DNA of 64,000 nt from Macrostomum lignano (GCA_002269645.1 NIVC01000723.1:248001-312000), one strand, 5' to 3'. Counted from the stretch's first letter, positions 29,501-43,181 are shown. Notes: generated by a model from the letters alone, not told the origin. Translations and numbers: made by a program.

Positions 29501-30075
29501 AGTGGTTAGGCATTAAGTAGGTTTTTAATAACAAGGTTTTTAATTTTAATTTAGTAATATTTTTGCCAGTGCCAGTGCTAGTGCCAGTGGAAAGACGCTA
29601 TAAGCAAAAATATAACGAAAAGGTTATATAGAGAGGAAGGTAAAAAATAAATCGCTTTTTAAATACTTTCGATATAAATTGGATGGCCAGCATTTTTTTG
29701 TGGCATCAAAACAAAAACTGAATTATTGTAGTAATTTTTTGTATCATAAAGGTATATTCTGCACATTCTGGCAATACATAAAAGCAAGAAAACACGTTTA
29801 GTACAGCACATGCGTTATGAATATGGCTGTATCGGAAAGTAGGAAGAAAAATGAGTACAAATTCCGATCGGAAGAAGAAGAGATGGTTTCCGACTATTTT
29901 CCGATTGCGCAAATATAGCTCGAAAAACATTTTATTGTATTTTTTATGCTTATTATCATAGTAACGTGTTATATAAAACAAAATATTGTGGTTTAAACCT
30001 TTTCCGGCAAATTCCGACTGCCGATTAAATTCCGATCAGATTCCAATCGAATTCCGACTACCCTTTTTTACTGGG
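26521..30075. mobile_element. Non-autonomous CACTA/EnSpm (CMC)-type DNA transposon
   Basis: TIR CCCAGTAAAAAAGGGTAGTCGGAAT at 26521 and its reverse complement ending at 30075. Terminus fits CMCWR. 2-bp TSD AC (26519-26520 and 30076-30077). Many subterminal TCGGAAT/ATTCCGA motifs at both ends. No transposase ORF. Confidence 0.85.
28880..29030. promoter_or_regulatory. CCAAT-box cluster with TGACGCA motif inside the CACTA element (possible internal promoter)
   Basis: Local GC-rich island with AACCAATC, ATTGGTT and GCCAATCAG boxes and GTGACGCA in otherwise AT-rich DNA. Confidence 0.35.
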
Positions 30076-31679
30076 ACGATCCTAAAAACCCAGTGTAAAA
30101 CCTGACACTGAAATCCCGACTGTTCTGGACTCTTCAGGAAAGACAAATTACTAGTCAGAAGTTTTCAAAGGTATAGCTATTAGCGGTAAAAAATTCACTA
30201 GAAGTTATATACAGTAGATGCAGATCGCACAGTAATTCTGATTGAAGTGCAGTACTTGACTCTAGATTTTCCGATTGTTTGTGAGGCGAACTGATACAGT
30301 GTGCGTGTGTACAAATATACGACTTAAGGAAACGGCCACTGATTTACTCGGAACATTTTCTCTCACTAGTGCTAATTGTGTTTCATATTAAATTAAATCT
30401 ACGCGTTTTAATTTGTTTATACCCACTGATTATTCCATAAATTCAAACTGACAACTGACGACAATAAAAATTTCATTTTTTGATCAATTCAATTGATGTA
30501 CTACAGATGACTTGAATTACAGTGGTAATTTCAATTGAAGTTGCTGTTTTAATTGCGCATGTAAAACACTTTACTCTTGATAAATTGCTGTTTAAAATTG
30601 TGAACTGAAATTTCTGTGGCTGCGTTATAACTGAAAATGAGAATTAAATCAAGGATCGATGGCACACTATTACACTATGACAGTTGCTGGCTAGTGGCTA
30701 GGTCTAGCCTAGAGCCTAGCCCTAGAGACAGTCAATTTTGTTGAACTTCTGAATGTGACGTTCTATGTTAAATTTGATTTGGTATAGGCCTAGGCCTATG
30801 CCGCCTATTGTTAGTATTTAGCTTTAGGCATTTGATTATTTGATATTTAATTATAAATTAAAAGTGCACATAACATTGTAATTCAATTAGGCCTCTGTTT
30901 GGAACTGACCCAGGAACAAATTTTACTATTGCATTGGTATTGATAAATGCATAATTAGGCCTATATATAGTATGCATTATATGATTGGGCTGTGAGCATT
31001 ATTATTTCACTATAAAAAAGTATTTATTTGCAGTAGTTTTAGACTTGATTTGCATTTAGACTTATATAAACAGTTCAAATATCATTAAGACTTTTGCCAA
31101 GGTTTTTAAGCTAACTTATTTCTAGATTAGATTATCATGTTTTATACAAAGTGTTTTTTAGTAAATATGGAAAAGTAAATATAATCTATCTAGTGTGCTA
31201 GGACCTAGAACAATGAAACTCAAGTAGGGATAGACCTAGACCAATATTTTTTTATTAGCTAAGCTGGGCCTATATTGGCTAGGTCTATATACCAAGCAAC
31301 AATAAATGAATAGGCCTAATACAATATTAGAAAACAGACCTTGCATAGTTATTACTAGTCTATAGTCCAAAAGTATAGGCTTTTTATAGTTTAATTTTTC
31401 GCCATGGCCCTTTAGCCCCCTTGGATATATACATAATATACCTATTTCAAAAAATATAAACTATAATACAAATTAGATAATAAGACATCATTTAGCTCTA
31501 ATAAAATAGTCATAGCTATTCCTGCCATTTATCCAAGATAATATTTAAATTGTTTTTTACTTTATGGTTTTTTATAGTTAATTTGTATTTTTAGTCAAAA
31601 TTAAGTCATATGGCCAATATAAATCAGGGGGTTGCATATATATAAGGGCTGCTTAATAAGTTTGTGGAAAATCCTATTT

Positions 31680-32420
31680 CGAGCACTTGCGACAAACAGA
31701 CAATTGAGTAGGCCCTACTATTTACCAGTCACTGTGGTACTATCTTCGAGTAGCATAGATGGCAGGATGTTTCATCATCTGAAGAAAACTGCCACCATGA
31801 CTTTCCTAATGCTTTGCTCGCAATGAAGCTTGATGGGCATGTCCTCTTCTCTTACAATCTATTGCCAGCTCTGCTCTTTGGTTTCTAGGTCATAAAAGTA
31901 GACCCAGCTTTCGTCACTAGTAATATGTTATCCACTAGTTTTTAAGTTCTTATGTCAAACTTTTTGAGCATAAAGCTCAAGAACTTGACCCAAGCCTATT
32001 GCCTATATCTGGTTTGGGTCTAGGTGCTGGAAGACTTAGTGTGCAGACATTTTCTTATGCCAAGGTAATTGTGCAAGATGGAAACAATGCTTAAATCCAA
32101 AATTCCCACACTTGAGCTCTCAAACCATTATGCATCTGTTCTTGTCTAGCAGCCTTTGGACAGTGGCCATAGTTATGTCAGTAATGGCCATATTTGGACA
32201 ACCTTCTCAGTCATTGTTGTCCAAAGACATAGAGCTATAGCAGAAGCAAGTAAACCACTTGTGGACCATTGTCAAAGATAAGGTTTTATCGCCAAGGGCC
32301 ATTTGAAGCATCTGCATACACTTAGAAGCTTACTGGCTAAGACAAAATTGGATGAGAATTGCAACTAGTCTATCTCAATCAATGAGACTCAGTGCAAACT
32401 GCAGAGTTTCACTGCTTCTT
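31680..32420 (-). pseudogene. Decayed, 3'-truncated mariner transposase
   Basis: Minus-strand fragments LQMALGDKTLSLTMVHKW, ILHNYLGIRK, ITSDESWVYFYDLETKEQS and RKVMVAVFF match mariner motifs. Multiple stops and frameshifts. Confidence 0.85.
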
Positions 32421-33869
32421 TGGCCGCTACATTGCAGCATTTTAGCCAATCAAGCTAAAATTTTGCATAGCTGTTATGAACATGTGGGAAAAATATTGTG
32501 TCAAATGTTGTGAGAATCGGGCAAAGAAAAATGGGATTGTCCATAAACTTATTAAGTAGCCCTTGTATGTTTTGATAAATCCAAGTCAAATTGTTAATTG
32601 GCATTTTGTTAACTATTGTCTATTGAGCCATTGCTTTTAGGTAATTTCACTTCTGTCAATTAGCCAATGAGTGGCAAAAATGTGGTCACTTTGTCATTTG
32701 CCAATTGCAATATTTTTAAATGGTACACTTTGTCACTTATGTATTATATATGCAATGCAATATTGTATATTATATATATATATAGCTCATGGATTTATCT
32801 ATGCCAAGAGTTGTGTTATACTAAACTTTCTCATATGAATGAAACAGGTTTGAAAATAATTTAAAAGTGCAACATACTGCATTGGTATATTGTTTCCAAA
32901 ATATATAATGATATAGATTAGAATTCTCTAAGTTATTCAAATTCAAAATTTAATATTCAATTATAATAAAGTAAAAGGATAGTTTAGTAAGAATGATTAA
33001 TAATGATAAACAATTAACTAATTAATCAATAATATAAAGCAAAGAAAAATTAAAATTAAAGCAGTTATTAAATTAGAAGTTTTAACAATTTTAAATAACT
33101 TTTTAAAAACCTAAAGGTCAAGGCAAAGGCATCTACTAGGAGACCTTTTACAACTTATCCGATTTGCTCTTAACTAAGTTGCCACTAATATAGATGCCAA
33201 ATAACTCCACTTTCACTTTAGGAAGAGCCAGAAGTCTGCAGAAGCCAAATCTAGCAATTAACAAGTAAAGCCAATGATTAAGTACCTGAATTGAATATCT
33301 TTAGAAAACTCTTCAGGCTTATTGCTAAGCTGATAGGTGGATTATCCCAATGGAAAACCTTTATTGCTTGGTTAGGTCAAAATCTTTGTAGAGTATCAAG
33401 TGGAAAATCCTAACAGGCTGAATTTGGCTATTAATTCCTCAATTTTCACATGACAGTCTAACTCCACTGCTATTTAAATAGCAATTGGTATCTACTGACA
33501 CTTGGTCTTTTTTGGTTTAAACTGCCACTGGTCTTCATTGTCAAATATGTTTTTTGCCTGCCAAATGAGTGTATAGATCTGATTCTCTGGACCATGGGCT
33601 TTGAACAAGGTATCTTTGATTTTCTTTAGGCAATAACCTGCTTTGCCATGTCACTTAACTGCATTAGCACTGCTAGAATACATATAGAAAGGGAGGTGAA
33701 CTTTAGCAGCTGCTTGCATTAAAGTGCATCAATAATTTTTTTGATTTTTTGCACATTTGAATCATAGTATATAAAGTGATAAAAAATCATGACAGAATAG
33801 CCTTCAAAGCTAAGATATGATGTTAACTGACATTTGTTTTTGAAAACACCTGCAGATTCATTATTTCTT

Positions 33870-34180
33870 AATTAATAGTAATCAATAATTGATCATATCT
33901 GGCGCCCAATGGGTAGATGTGCAATTGACAGTTCAGCCGCAGCTATTGTGTGGTGTATCTGAAGGCTGCATATGGCTATTCAGTCCAAGGACTGGGGGTC
34001 GCCACACACACCCTCAATTACCCCATCGAATGCTGGCACCCATTTTACAGCTGGGTGAACTGAAGCAATGCAGAGTTAAGTGTCTTGCTCAAGGAAACAA
34101 ATTGTTCCAATGGGATTGGGAATCGAACCCCCGACCTTCAAGTTGTGAGTTCGACGCTCTGACCACTAGGCTGCAACGCC
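33870..34180 (-). mobile_element. tRNA-derived CORE-like SINE, copy 2 (more diverged)
   Basis: Same head and body as copies 1 and 3 (GGGGGTTCGATTCCC B-box; CACCCAGCTGTAAAATGGGTGCCAGC on minus). Confidence 0.82.
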
Positions 34181-34415
34181 TTAATTAGAGTTATAAAGAA
34201 AAATGTCTTAGATTTTTACTTCAAATTAAATTTTCTAAAAACGTTTATATTTATTTTAATCATACATTTTATATGTAGGTGTTTAGCTGTGCTAAGCAAG
34301 TCAGTGCCCAACTAAAAATCAATATATTGAATTAGATGCTAATCAAAAGCTGCAATTGTGAATTGCATGCAAATTAATTTTCAATTTCCAACTCAATCAT
34401 CAGCAACAGTCAGTC

Positions 34416-37400
34416 ATGGACTCCACATCGCGCACCCCATCTGAGCGGTCTCGCCTATACAAAAACAAAGACAAAGATGGCGAAGAGTTGCGCCGTCGAC
34501 GCAACGACGCAAGCGTTGAGCTGCGCAAAGCGTCCAAAACTGATCAGATGATGAAGCGGCGAAATATCGACCTGGCCGCCGGGGATGACGACGAGGACGT
34601 GGCCCTTGGCGACGGGCAGCAGCAGGCCAGCGGCAAGGTGCTCAGCCCGCTACGCGACGCCAATAACGTCTTGGCTAATGCCAGCATTGACGACATCTGC
34701 AAGGCTATGAAGTCCGGATCTCCTGCCGATCAGTTTGCCGCCATCCAGGCCTGCCGACGGGCTCTGTCTAAGGAGCGGCACCCGCCTATTGATGAGTTCG
34801 TTAATAGGGGCGTGCTGCCCGAGCTGGTTGTGGCCCTGACCAAGCCGGCTAATCACCAGGTGCAGATTGGCCTGTGTTATTGTCATGCGTTAATAGTTTC
34901 AGCCAGTCAGTGTGGCTCATTGTATAGGCGCTGTCGTTAGGGATGTTCATATCTCCGTAAAGCAGCTTGTTTTACAACTCCGACATTTCTTACCTCCGAC
35001 ACTTCATATCTCCGGCACTTCATAGTTCCGACTCTTCATATCTCCGACACTTTATATCTCCGAAACTTCATATCTCCGACACTTCATATCTCCGGCACTT
35101 CATAGTTCCGACTCTTCATATTTCTGACTCTTCGTATTTCCGACACTTCATATTTCCGACACTTCATATCTCCGACACTTCATATTTCCGACAATTCATA
35201 TCTCCGACACTTCATCTCACTGACGCTTCATATTTCCGACACTTCATATCTCCGACACTTCATCTCACTGACACTTCATCTCACTGACGCTTCATATCTC
35301 CGACACTTCATCTCACTGACACTTCATCGCACTGACGCTTCATATTTCCGACACTTCATATCTCTGACACTTCATCGCACTGACACTTCATCGCACTGAC
35401 ACTTCATATCTCTGACACTTCATCGCACTGACACTTCATATCTCTGACACTTCATCGCACTGACACTTCATCGCACTGACACTTCATATCTCTGACACTT
35501 CATCGCACTGATACTTCCTCGCACTGACACTTCATCGCACTGACACTTCATCTCACTTGACGCTTCATATTTCCGACACTTCATATCTCCGACACTTCAC
35601 AACTCCGACACTGAATGTGTGTTGTGTCCCTGCACCCTCGGATGAGTGAATGTGTATTGTGTCCCACAAAGTCTACAGTTTCTTGCATCGGTACTATATT
35701 TAAACGCATCAAGCATTGGACTGTGCAGTGCCTATTATTAAGCCATTAATTCGCCATCACAGGTGGTATTCGAAGCGGCCTGGGCCCTCACCAACATAGC
35801 CAGCGGTGAGGCTCAGCACACTCGCGCCGTTGTTAACGCCGGCGCCCTGCAGCCCCTGATTGAACTGTTGAACTCCGAGCATCTCAACGTGGCCGAGCAG
35901 GCCGTCTGGGCTCTCGGCAACATCGCTGGTGATGGCTCCGAGCTGCGCGACCGCGCCATCAAAGCTGGAATTGTCCAGCCGCTGCTCCGGCTGCTCCAGC
36001 GGGTGTCACGCGATTCCGCCATCGCCGCTAGCAGCAGCAGCTCGGGCTCGGATAATAGCGTCTCGTTGCTAGGCAACTGCGCTTGGCTAGTTAGCAACCT
36101 GTGCCGCAATAAGAATCCGCCACCGCCAGCTAGCGCCGTGCTGGAACTCCTGCCGGCTATGGCCGCCCTGCTGCAGGCGCCGCACAAGGAGGTGGTGCAG
36201 GACACCTGCTGGGCTCTGAGCTACGTTACCGACGCCGTTAATGATCTTATTGGACAGGTAATTCAAAGGCAACAGTGTTTAACAGAATGGATAATGAAGT
36301 GTCCAGAAAAATTAGTTATACGTACTAATGCTGAAATGTGCCAAAATCACATGCTGATGTACGAGTATGTAATAGAATCCCATGTTTGATGTACATAGGA
36401 GAATCCCATGTTTGATGTACATAGGAGAATCCCATGTTTGATGTACATTGGAGAATCCCATGTTTGATGTACATTGGAGAATCCCATGTTTGATGTACAT
36501 TGGAGTATCCCATGTTTGATGTACATTGGAGAATCTCATGATGTTGTACATTGGAGAATCCCATGCTGATTTATATTATAGAGAATCTCATGCTGATGTA
36601 CATTGAAGAATCCCGTACTGATGTAAATTGGAGAATCTCATGTTGATGTACATTGAAGAATCCCATGCTGATGTACATTCGAGAATCCCATGCTGATGTA
36701 TTTTGAAGAATCTCATGCTGATGTATTTTGAAGAATTCCATGCTGATGTACATTATAGAGAATCTCATGCTGATGTATTTTGAAGAATCTCATTGGTGTG
36801 TACATTATAGAAATGTACATGCGAAAACTCATTTGCTAACTCTGTACCAACAAAAGCCAACTAATGTACACGGGGAAATCCCACTCAATGGCATAGCAGA
36901 TATCTTAACTGTTGACATTAGAGAAACCAATCTTCAATGGCTTTAATATTCCGTCTAATTGCGCCTCACTCAAGGTAATTGCTAGCGGTGTCCTACCCAC
37001 CCTGGTGGCCCTGCTGGACCACACGGAGGCCGCCATTGTCACGCCAGCCCTGCGCACCATCGGCAATATTGTGACTGGCACAGACCAGCAGACTGACACG
37101 GCTCTGGCTGCCGGATTTTTGCCCAAGTGCCACCGCCTGCTGCTGCACAATAAACCGAACATTGTTAAGGAGGCCGCCTGGGCTCTGTCCAATGTTTTGG
37201 CCGGATCGCAGCCGCAGATTCAGCAGGTTTGCACTTTTTGGATGATTGGGTGTTTGGTAGATGTAGATCAGGTCCATCGATGGTCCGCCATGCCCTCCTT
37301 ACCCTGTCTTTCAATGGGCTGCCTTACCCTCCTCCCCATGATCTAATAGGCTGTCTTCCCTCCCCAAGATCTAATAAACTGTCTTACCCTCCCCAAGATC

Positions 37401-38305
37401 TAATAGACTGTCTTACCCTCCTCCCCCAAGATCTTCCAATGGGCTGTCTTACCCTCCTCCCCCAAGATCTTCCAATGGGCTGTCTTACCCTCCTCCCCTA
37501 AGACCTTTCAATGGGCTGCCTTACCCTCCTCCCCCAAGACCTTTCAATGGACTGTCTTACCCTCCTCCGCCAAAATCCTTTGATGGGCTGCCTTACTATT
37601 CCTCTGTTCAAGGTCCTCAATCAACCCCTAGCCCTGGACTGCCTTACCCTTTTCCCCAATGTCCTTAAACAGTCCACCTTACGAATTTTCCTTGCCATCG
37701 CGTACCTAAATATTGAAATTCAGAAAATTCCTTGTTGATACACATAACTTAAAATTTTCTGTATTCCGATATGTATCGAAACAAGCATTAAAAAACTAAA
37801 AATCCTCCAGGTGATCGACAACAACCTGATCCCGCCTCTAATTGGCATAGTTATTAATGGCGATTTCAAAGCCAAGAAAGAGGCCACCTGGGCCCTCACT
37901 AACATGGTTACTGGCGGCGACGAGGCCCAGATCAGCTACCTGGCCAATCAGAATGTTGTGCCAGCCCTGTGCGAGATGCTGTCGGTGCAGGAGGCCAAGA
38001 TTGTCTGCATCGTGATGGAGTCGCTTACCGCCCTGCTTAGTCTGGCCAAAAAGTACAACCAGGCCGACGATATGTGCATCGCTATCGAGGGCTGCGGTGG
38101 ATTAGACAAACTTGAAGCCCTGCAGGAGCACGAGAATCCTCGAGTGTACGAGATGTCACTCCAAATGATCGAGGAGTTCTTTGGCAACGACGAGGACGGC
38201 GGCGGCAACGAGTCGGGCGCCGCTGCCGCCGGTGACGGCGCCGGCCAGATGATGTTCTCAGCCCCGACTGACGGCAACGCTCCCGCTGGTGGATTCAAAT
38301 TCTGA
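34416..38305 (+). CDS. KPNA2: Importin subunit alpha (alpha2-like)
   Basis: Exons 34416-34859, 35763-36257, 36975-37226, 37811-38305, all phase 0, giving about 561 aa. IBB domain ([30 protein letters not shown]) and ARM motifs [49 protein letters not shown]. Subtype call is tentative. Confidence 0.93.
34975..35610. repeat. Intronic minisatellite, 16 bp unit CTTCATATCTCCGACA
   Basis: Importin intron 1. Confidence 0.9.
36365..36800. repeat. Intronic minisatellite, 26 bp unit GAGAATCCCATGTTTGATGTACATTG
   Basis: Importin intron 2. Confidence 0.9.
37290..37670. repeat. Intronic minisatellite, 36 bp unit
   Basis: GGGCTGTCTTACCCTCCTCCCCCAAGATCTTCCAAT repeats in importin intron 3. Confidence 0.88.
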
Positions 38306-40619
38306 TGGCCAGTTAATCTCCGATAATATTTCTACAACTCCCAAAAATACAGTACTACTAATAGTAGTTTATTTTAAGGTCAACTGGTAACAACTTAGAA
38401 TCTATAGTAATGACTGCTACACTTTTCAGCTAAAGATCTTTGCTACTAATAGTAGCTTGATTCCGTTTATCACAAATTTAAGCAACTATGCTCGTAGAGT
38501 ATAGTATTGCTACTAAAAGTAGGTTGTCAATTTTCGACTAAAAAGTAGCATTAAGAATTTAACTGCATCTCGTTATATTGCTAGTAACTACTGAACTCTA
38601 AAAGCATTTGTCACCGTTTGCAATTAAATATTTTCTTACTCAATTTTTCTTTAAGCGTCTACAAAGCTGAGTGAGTCTTATTTTTACAAATTAACTTTTT
38701 AGTACTACACGAATGATTATTCTTAATCGTTCCAGCTTCAATCCAATCAGCGTTCCTAGCAACTAACCAGTGATTCTCTCGTACGTGTAACTCTAGACTA
38801 TGGTGCAATTAGCTCGTATTTATTTTTTCTAATAATTTACACTTTTTAGTCAAACAATACTACATTGTCAAATCAGCTGGTGCTTATTAAATATATTTTG
38901 TTCCAATTGAGTTATGCCCAAGTGCGCGCGATATTATATTTTTTTAATTCTACTAAGTAGCTCGTACGTTTAAATATATAAACTGAACTAAAATGTCAAG
39001 TTAACTTTTTGACCGTCAAAAAAATTCCATCTTTGTCTTATCTGATTAAAATTTGAGCGGCATTCGATTTATTGCTAATTCGAATTTTTTTACAAGCTGT
39101 GGATTGGGATCGATCGAATCGTGCTGAGTACTTGTATGGGAACGTTTTCTCTAAATCTATTGCAATATAACGGTAAAAGATTGATCAGCAAGCTTTATTA
39201 ATCATAAATTTACGTTTCTATCAAGCATGCAGCTATAAGTGCAAGAAAAGTCGAGAAATCTTGAATTAAATATAAAAGCAGATAGCGTTATTGTCTTGAA
39301 AAAGCAATTATTGTTCAACTTTACGGTACTTAGTTTTTATATTGAATTAAATGTTAGTTTTAATTACTGAACGATGGTATCGAAATGGTTCATTCCCGCG
39401 ATAGTTAATTCCCCGGGCTGCAGGCTTAACAGAGCCTTAGGAAGACCCGTTTTCCTTACTTTGAAATCTTATTTCCGATTGGCTGATACGATCTGCAATT
39501 AGTTAGGTGAGCAAGTCCATCTTATTGTTAATATTTAGGTGTATGACTGGGAGGATGATTGAAGCACGCACAAGCGTGTGTGTTAATGCCCTAATCAGCA
39601 ATTTCTGGCAGCAGTAACTAGGCATTCGTTGAATCAGATGAGCTTTTGCTCAAATTATTTGAAATTCTTGAGTATTTATTTTGTTGGCTCTATTACGTCA
39701 TAGTGGCAATATTTTGCATCTTGGTGTTATATTTTTCAACTATACAGAAACAAAAACTTTCTGAATGTCACAAGCTAATTTTTTCCTACGTCGGACGGTT
39801 GTTGTGATTCGTTGTAATTTTTTCGCACTTCTTTAATTTTCTTATTTCCTTCAATTTCGCGGGCTCGAGTACTTACTTTCGTACTCGTAAGTTTCAACTC
39901 AAATGCTTAGCGATAATTTTAGCCTATCTTAAGCACAAAGACGTAAGTAATAATCCTAAGTTAAAATGTCGTTTAAGCTTCAAATATTCTAGATCTATTG
40001 ATGTATTGTCATTTGTGATCAATTTTTAAATGGGGCCAGATTATCCTTTCTTTGCCAATCAAAATACAAAAATTTCACAGCTTGCCAGATCCAGTTCAGA
40101 TTCAGATAAAGCTGGTCTTAGACTCTTAGGCCTATCTTTTTTGCCCCAGATAAGACTGGAATACTAAGTTATTTTTAACTATGTCATATGCTAAATATTT
40201 ATCCACAAAAACATCCATTGGCTATGGCCAAAGATGAATATCTAGGAGTAAAAAAAACTTGACAATTGCAGGGCCTAGGCTGCCTAGCATAAGCCTGGCT
40301 AGTGTCTAGAGCCTTTAAGATTATTTTGACTAGAAAATTTGTAGGCCTATGACTTGTTTAGTACCTATCTATGAGGTAAATTAAAAGCAAATCAAGAACA
40401 TTAAACCCAAAATACTATGAGGGTATCATAGAGCCTAGTTAGCATCATGATATTGTAACTAGTAATATGTTACTAAGTATTAGGCACAAACTTTAAAGGT
40501 GGAATTAATAAATATTTATATGGTATTAAAAGTATATTTAAGTAGCCATATAGGGGCTAGAAGGTTTATAGAATTTTCATCAACTTTTTTTCATCAACTT
40601 GGTTGACGAATATTCCAAC

Positions 40620-41145
40620 CCTCATTTCTGCAGTTCACGAATATTCCAAATCTTCCCTGCCTGTTGACAAAAGTTCCACAGCCAGATTGAAAGCATCAGA
40701 GAACTGCCTTTGTGCACAATTTATTGTGTATACTGTATTGCATATTCAACATAGTGTTGATTACCATTGTGCAATGTTGTTGTGCATTACAATCTGAGCA
40801 TGAACTAGCTAGCAGATGTACATGACTTGTTCAAATGCGAGGAAATGAGCATCTACAACCAGACCATTCATACGAACAATGAGTGTGAGAGGTGGCATCG
40901 GCAACTGAAGCAATGAGCAGAGTGAGGTAACATCTGCCTGTACCCCTTGTTGCAGCTACTGCGCAATGAGGCTCTCATGGTGCCAGTTCAGGCAGCACTG
41001 GTGCAGCAAGGGCAGAGTCAGCGGCAGCATCGCGGTCGATACAAGAAGCTGCAAGAGCTAGTAGACCAGCATTGGTGTGATTATCGTAACAGCTAGCTTA
41101 CTATCCACAGGCTTCTGGTAGAATGCTCCCGGCTGAATCATTCCA
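40620..41145 (+). pseudogene. Decayed MULE/Mutator transposase C-terminal fragment
   Basis: Reads SIYNQTIHTNNECERWHRQLKQ*..LYPLLQLLRNEA..RYKKLQELVDQHWCDYRNS*LTIHRLLVECSRL, resembling the RTNN.xEGWH region of MULE transposases. In-frame stops. Confidence 0.7.
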
Positions 41146-43181
41146 AAATTTGGTCAGAGAGGATAGTGAATACAGTTTTATGAGATGAAGACTACTAGAC
41201 TATATGCTTTTAATATATTCCATTATACTCCATATACCCCAATATTCCATATACTCCATATACTCCATTTTTTAATATAATCCATATACCCCATATACTC
41301 TATATACTCCATATACTTCATTTTTTAATATAACCTAGGCTTATTGGTTATTGGCCCAATAGCCCAACCCTCACCAGTTCCACAACATCAAGCCAAACTA
41401 TATTGTACAATATTTATACTGTAACTGCATGTTTGTACTGCAGCTTGTATCCCTATAGGAAAAGTTGTAAAACCGCGGATGGTGTCTGGTGCACTTTTGA
41501 AATTTTTCTAAAGTGCAGCGTGCGCACAGGCGCATCGCCTGCATGTGCACTGCCTTTTCTTACTGGCTGCTGCTTTAGCAAATACATCTACATGGAAATG
41601 GGTATAATACCTCTGTTGAAAGGGCTTATACACTCATACATGCACAACTGCTGGCCGACCTGGCCGATCTGGCCACCGTAAATTGTGGTGGACCAGGGGT
41701 AAGTCGCAAAAATGCCACCCCAAAGAATACGGACGTAGTACTAATTAGATGCCGAGGCATTTAGGCCTGATAAGACAGTCATAGTTACTCCTGCCGTTAT
41801 ATAAGCGTTAATTTTGCTTTAGGGTTTCTTTCACAGGTAAGTCGCATTTTTGGTCAAAAAGTAAGTCACATGGCCAGTGTAAATCAGGGGGGTTGCGCAT
41901 GTATGTATACACTTGTAATTTATTAAGCTTAGAGATGTTCCGAAAATTCAATTTCAATTTTCCAAAATTAGAAATTTTTTAGAGCAAATTTCAATTTAAA
42001 AAAAAATTGGAATTGAAAATTTTGGTAGTGTCTAAAAAGTTGCTAATGTGCAAGCGCTTAATGCTACTAATAGTAATAATAATAGTTTTTGTAAATAAAT
42101 TTGTCAATAATAATTTCGAGTTTTACCACTCAAGAATAGTATTCACATATTATTTGTTTTAATCTTCTAACGTTTAATAATAATATTCATGTAAAAATTG
42201 TATGTATTTTTAAACCGAAAACTAATTTTAGCCCTATTTGTTTTAATACTGCATATATCAAAATTAATATTGATCAAGTCTCAAAATAGTATAAATAGAC
42301 GGGATCTGGCCAGAGAGCCACCAACTGGCTGATTGCTTGTTCCTAAATTAGTCTCAAGTCTCGCTACTTGTTGAGCCTTAAACTGTTACTTAGAAATCTT
42401 TTCAAGACTTAGTAAATTTTTCGATTCAAAGAGTGAAGTGGAAGTTAATCATATCACAGATACTACTGATACTCAGAATACCAAGGAGATTGAAGTAAAA
42501 CAAAGTAGATCTCGGGAATACATATACAGTATTGAGAAGGCCGTGACCCTCTAATCTCGGGAACGCCTAAACGACTGGACTAGACGATCAGACACTTAAA
42601 TAACTACAAAAGAATTACAAGGAAGATCATTCTGAGAAATACATTCCAGGCCAATAGTAGACCACTCGGCATATACTAAGAACGCTACCAATACATATAC
42701 TAAGAACGCTACCAATAGAAGTAGATACTTAGACTAATCCTTAGACATATACCTAGACTTATTCTTAGACTTATACTTAGACTGATACTTAAAGACTTAT
42801 ACTCAGACCTATTCTAAGAAACATTTCTCAGATTATTCTAATATTGATAAACTCATAATTTATTAATCGAATAATCTTGGTGGCAGCTACCAACCTAAGA
42901 AGAACACTTAAGAGATTAGTAAATTAGCCCTGTGACAGCTTTTGGTGACAGTGTGAAATTATTATTAGAGACAGAAGTAACCCCTAGGACAACTTTGGTG
43001 GCAGCGGTGGGATTCTCAGTGTATAGGAATCACCACTGTTACAACTTGGTGGCAGCGGTGGGATTAGAGAAACGGCCAGAATTTCAGAATCAAACAGATT
43101 AGAGAAACGGCGCGATTTAGATCAGAGAAACGGCAAAACATTAGAAGACTAGAGAAATAGCAGAACCTGACAAGAAGAGAG

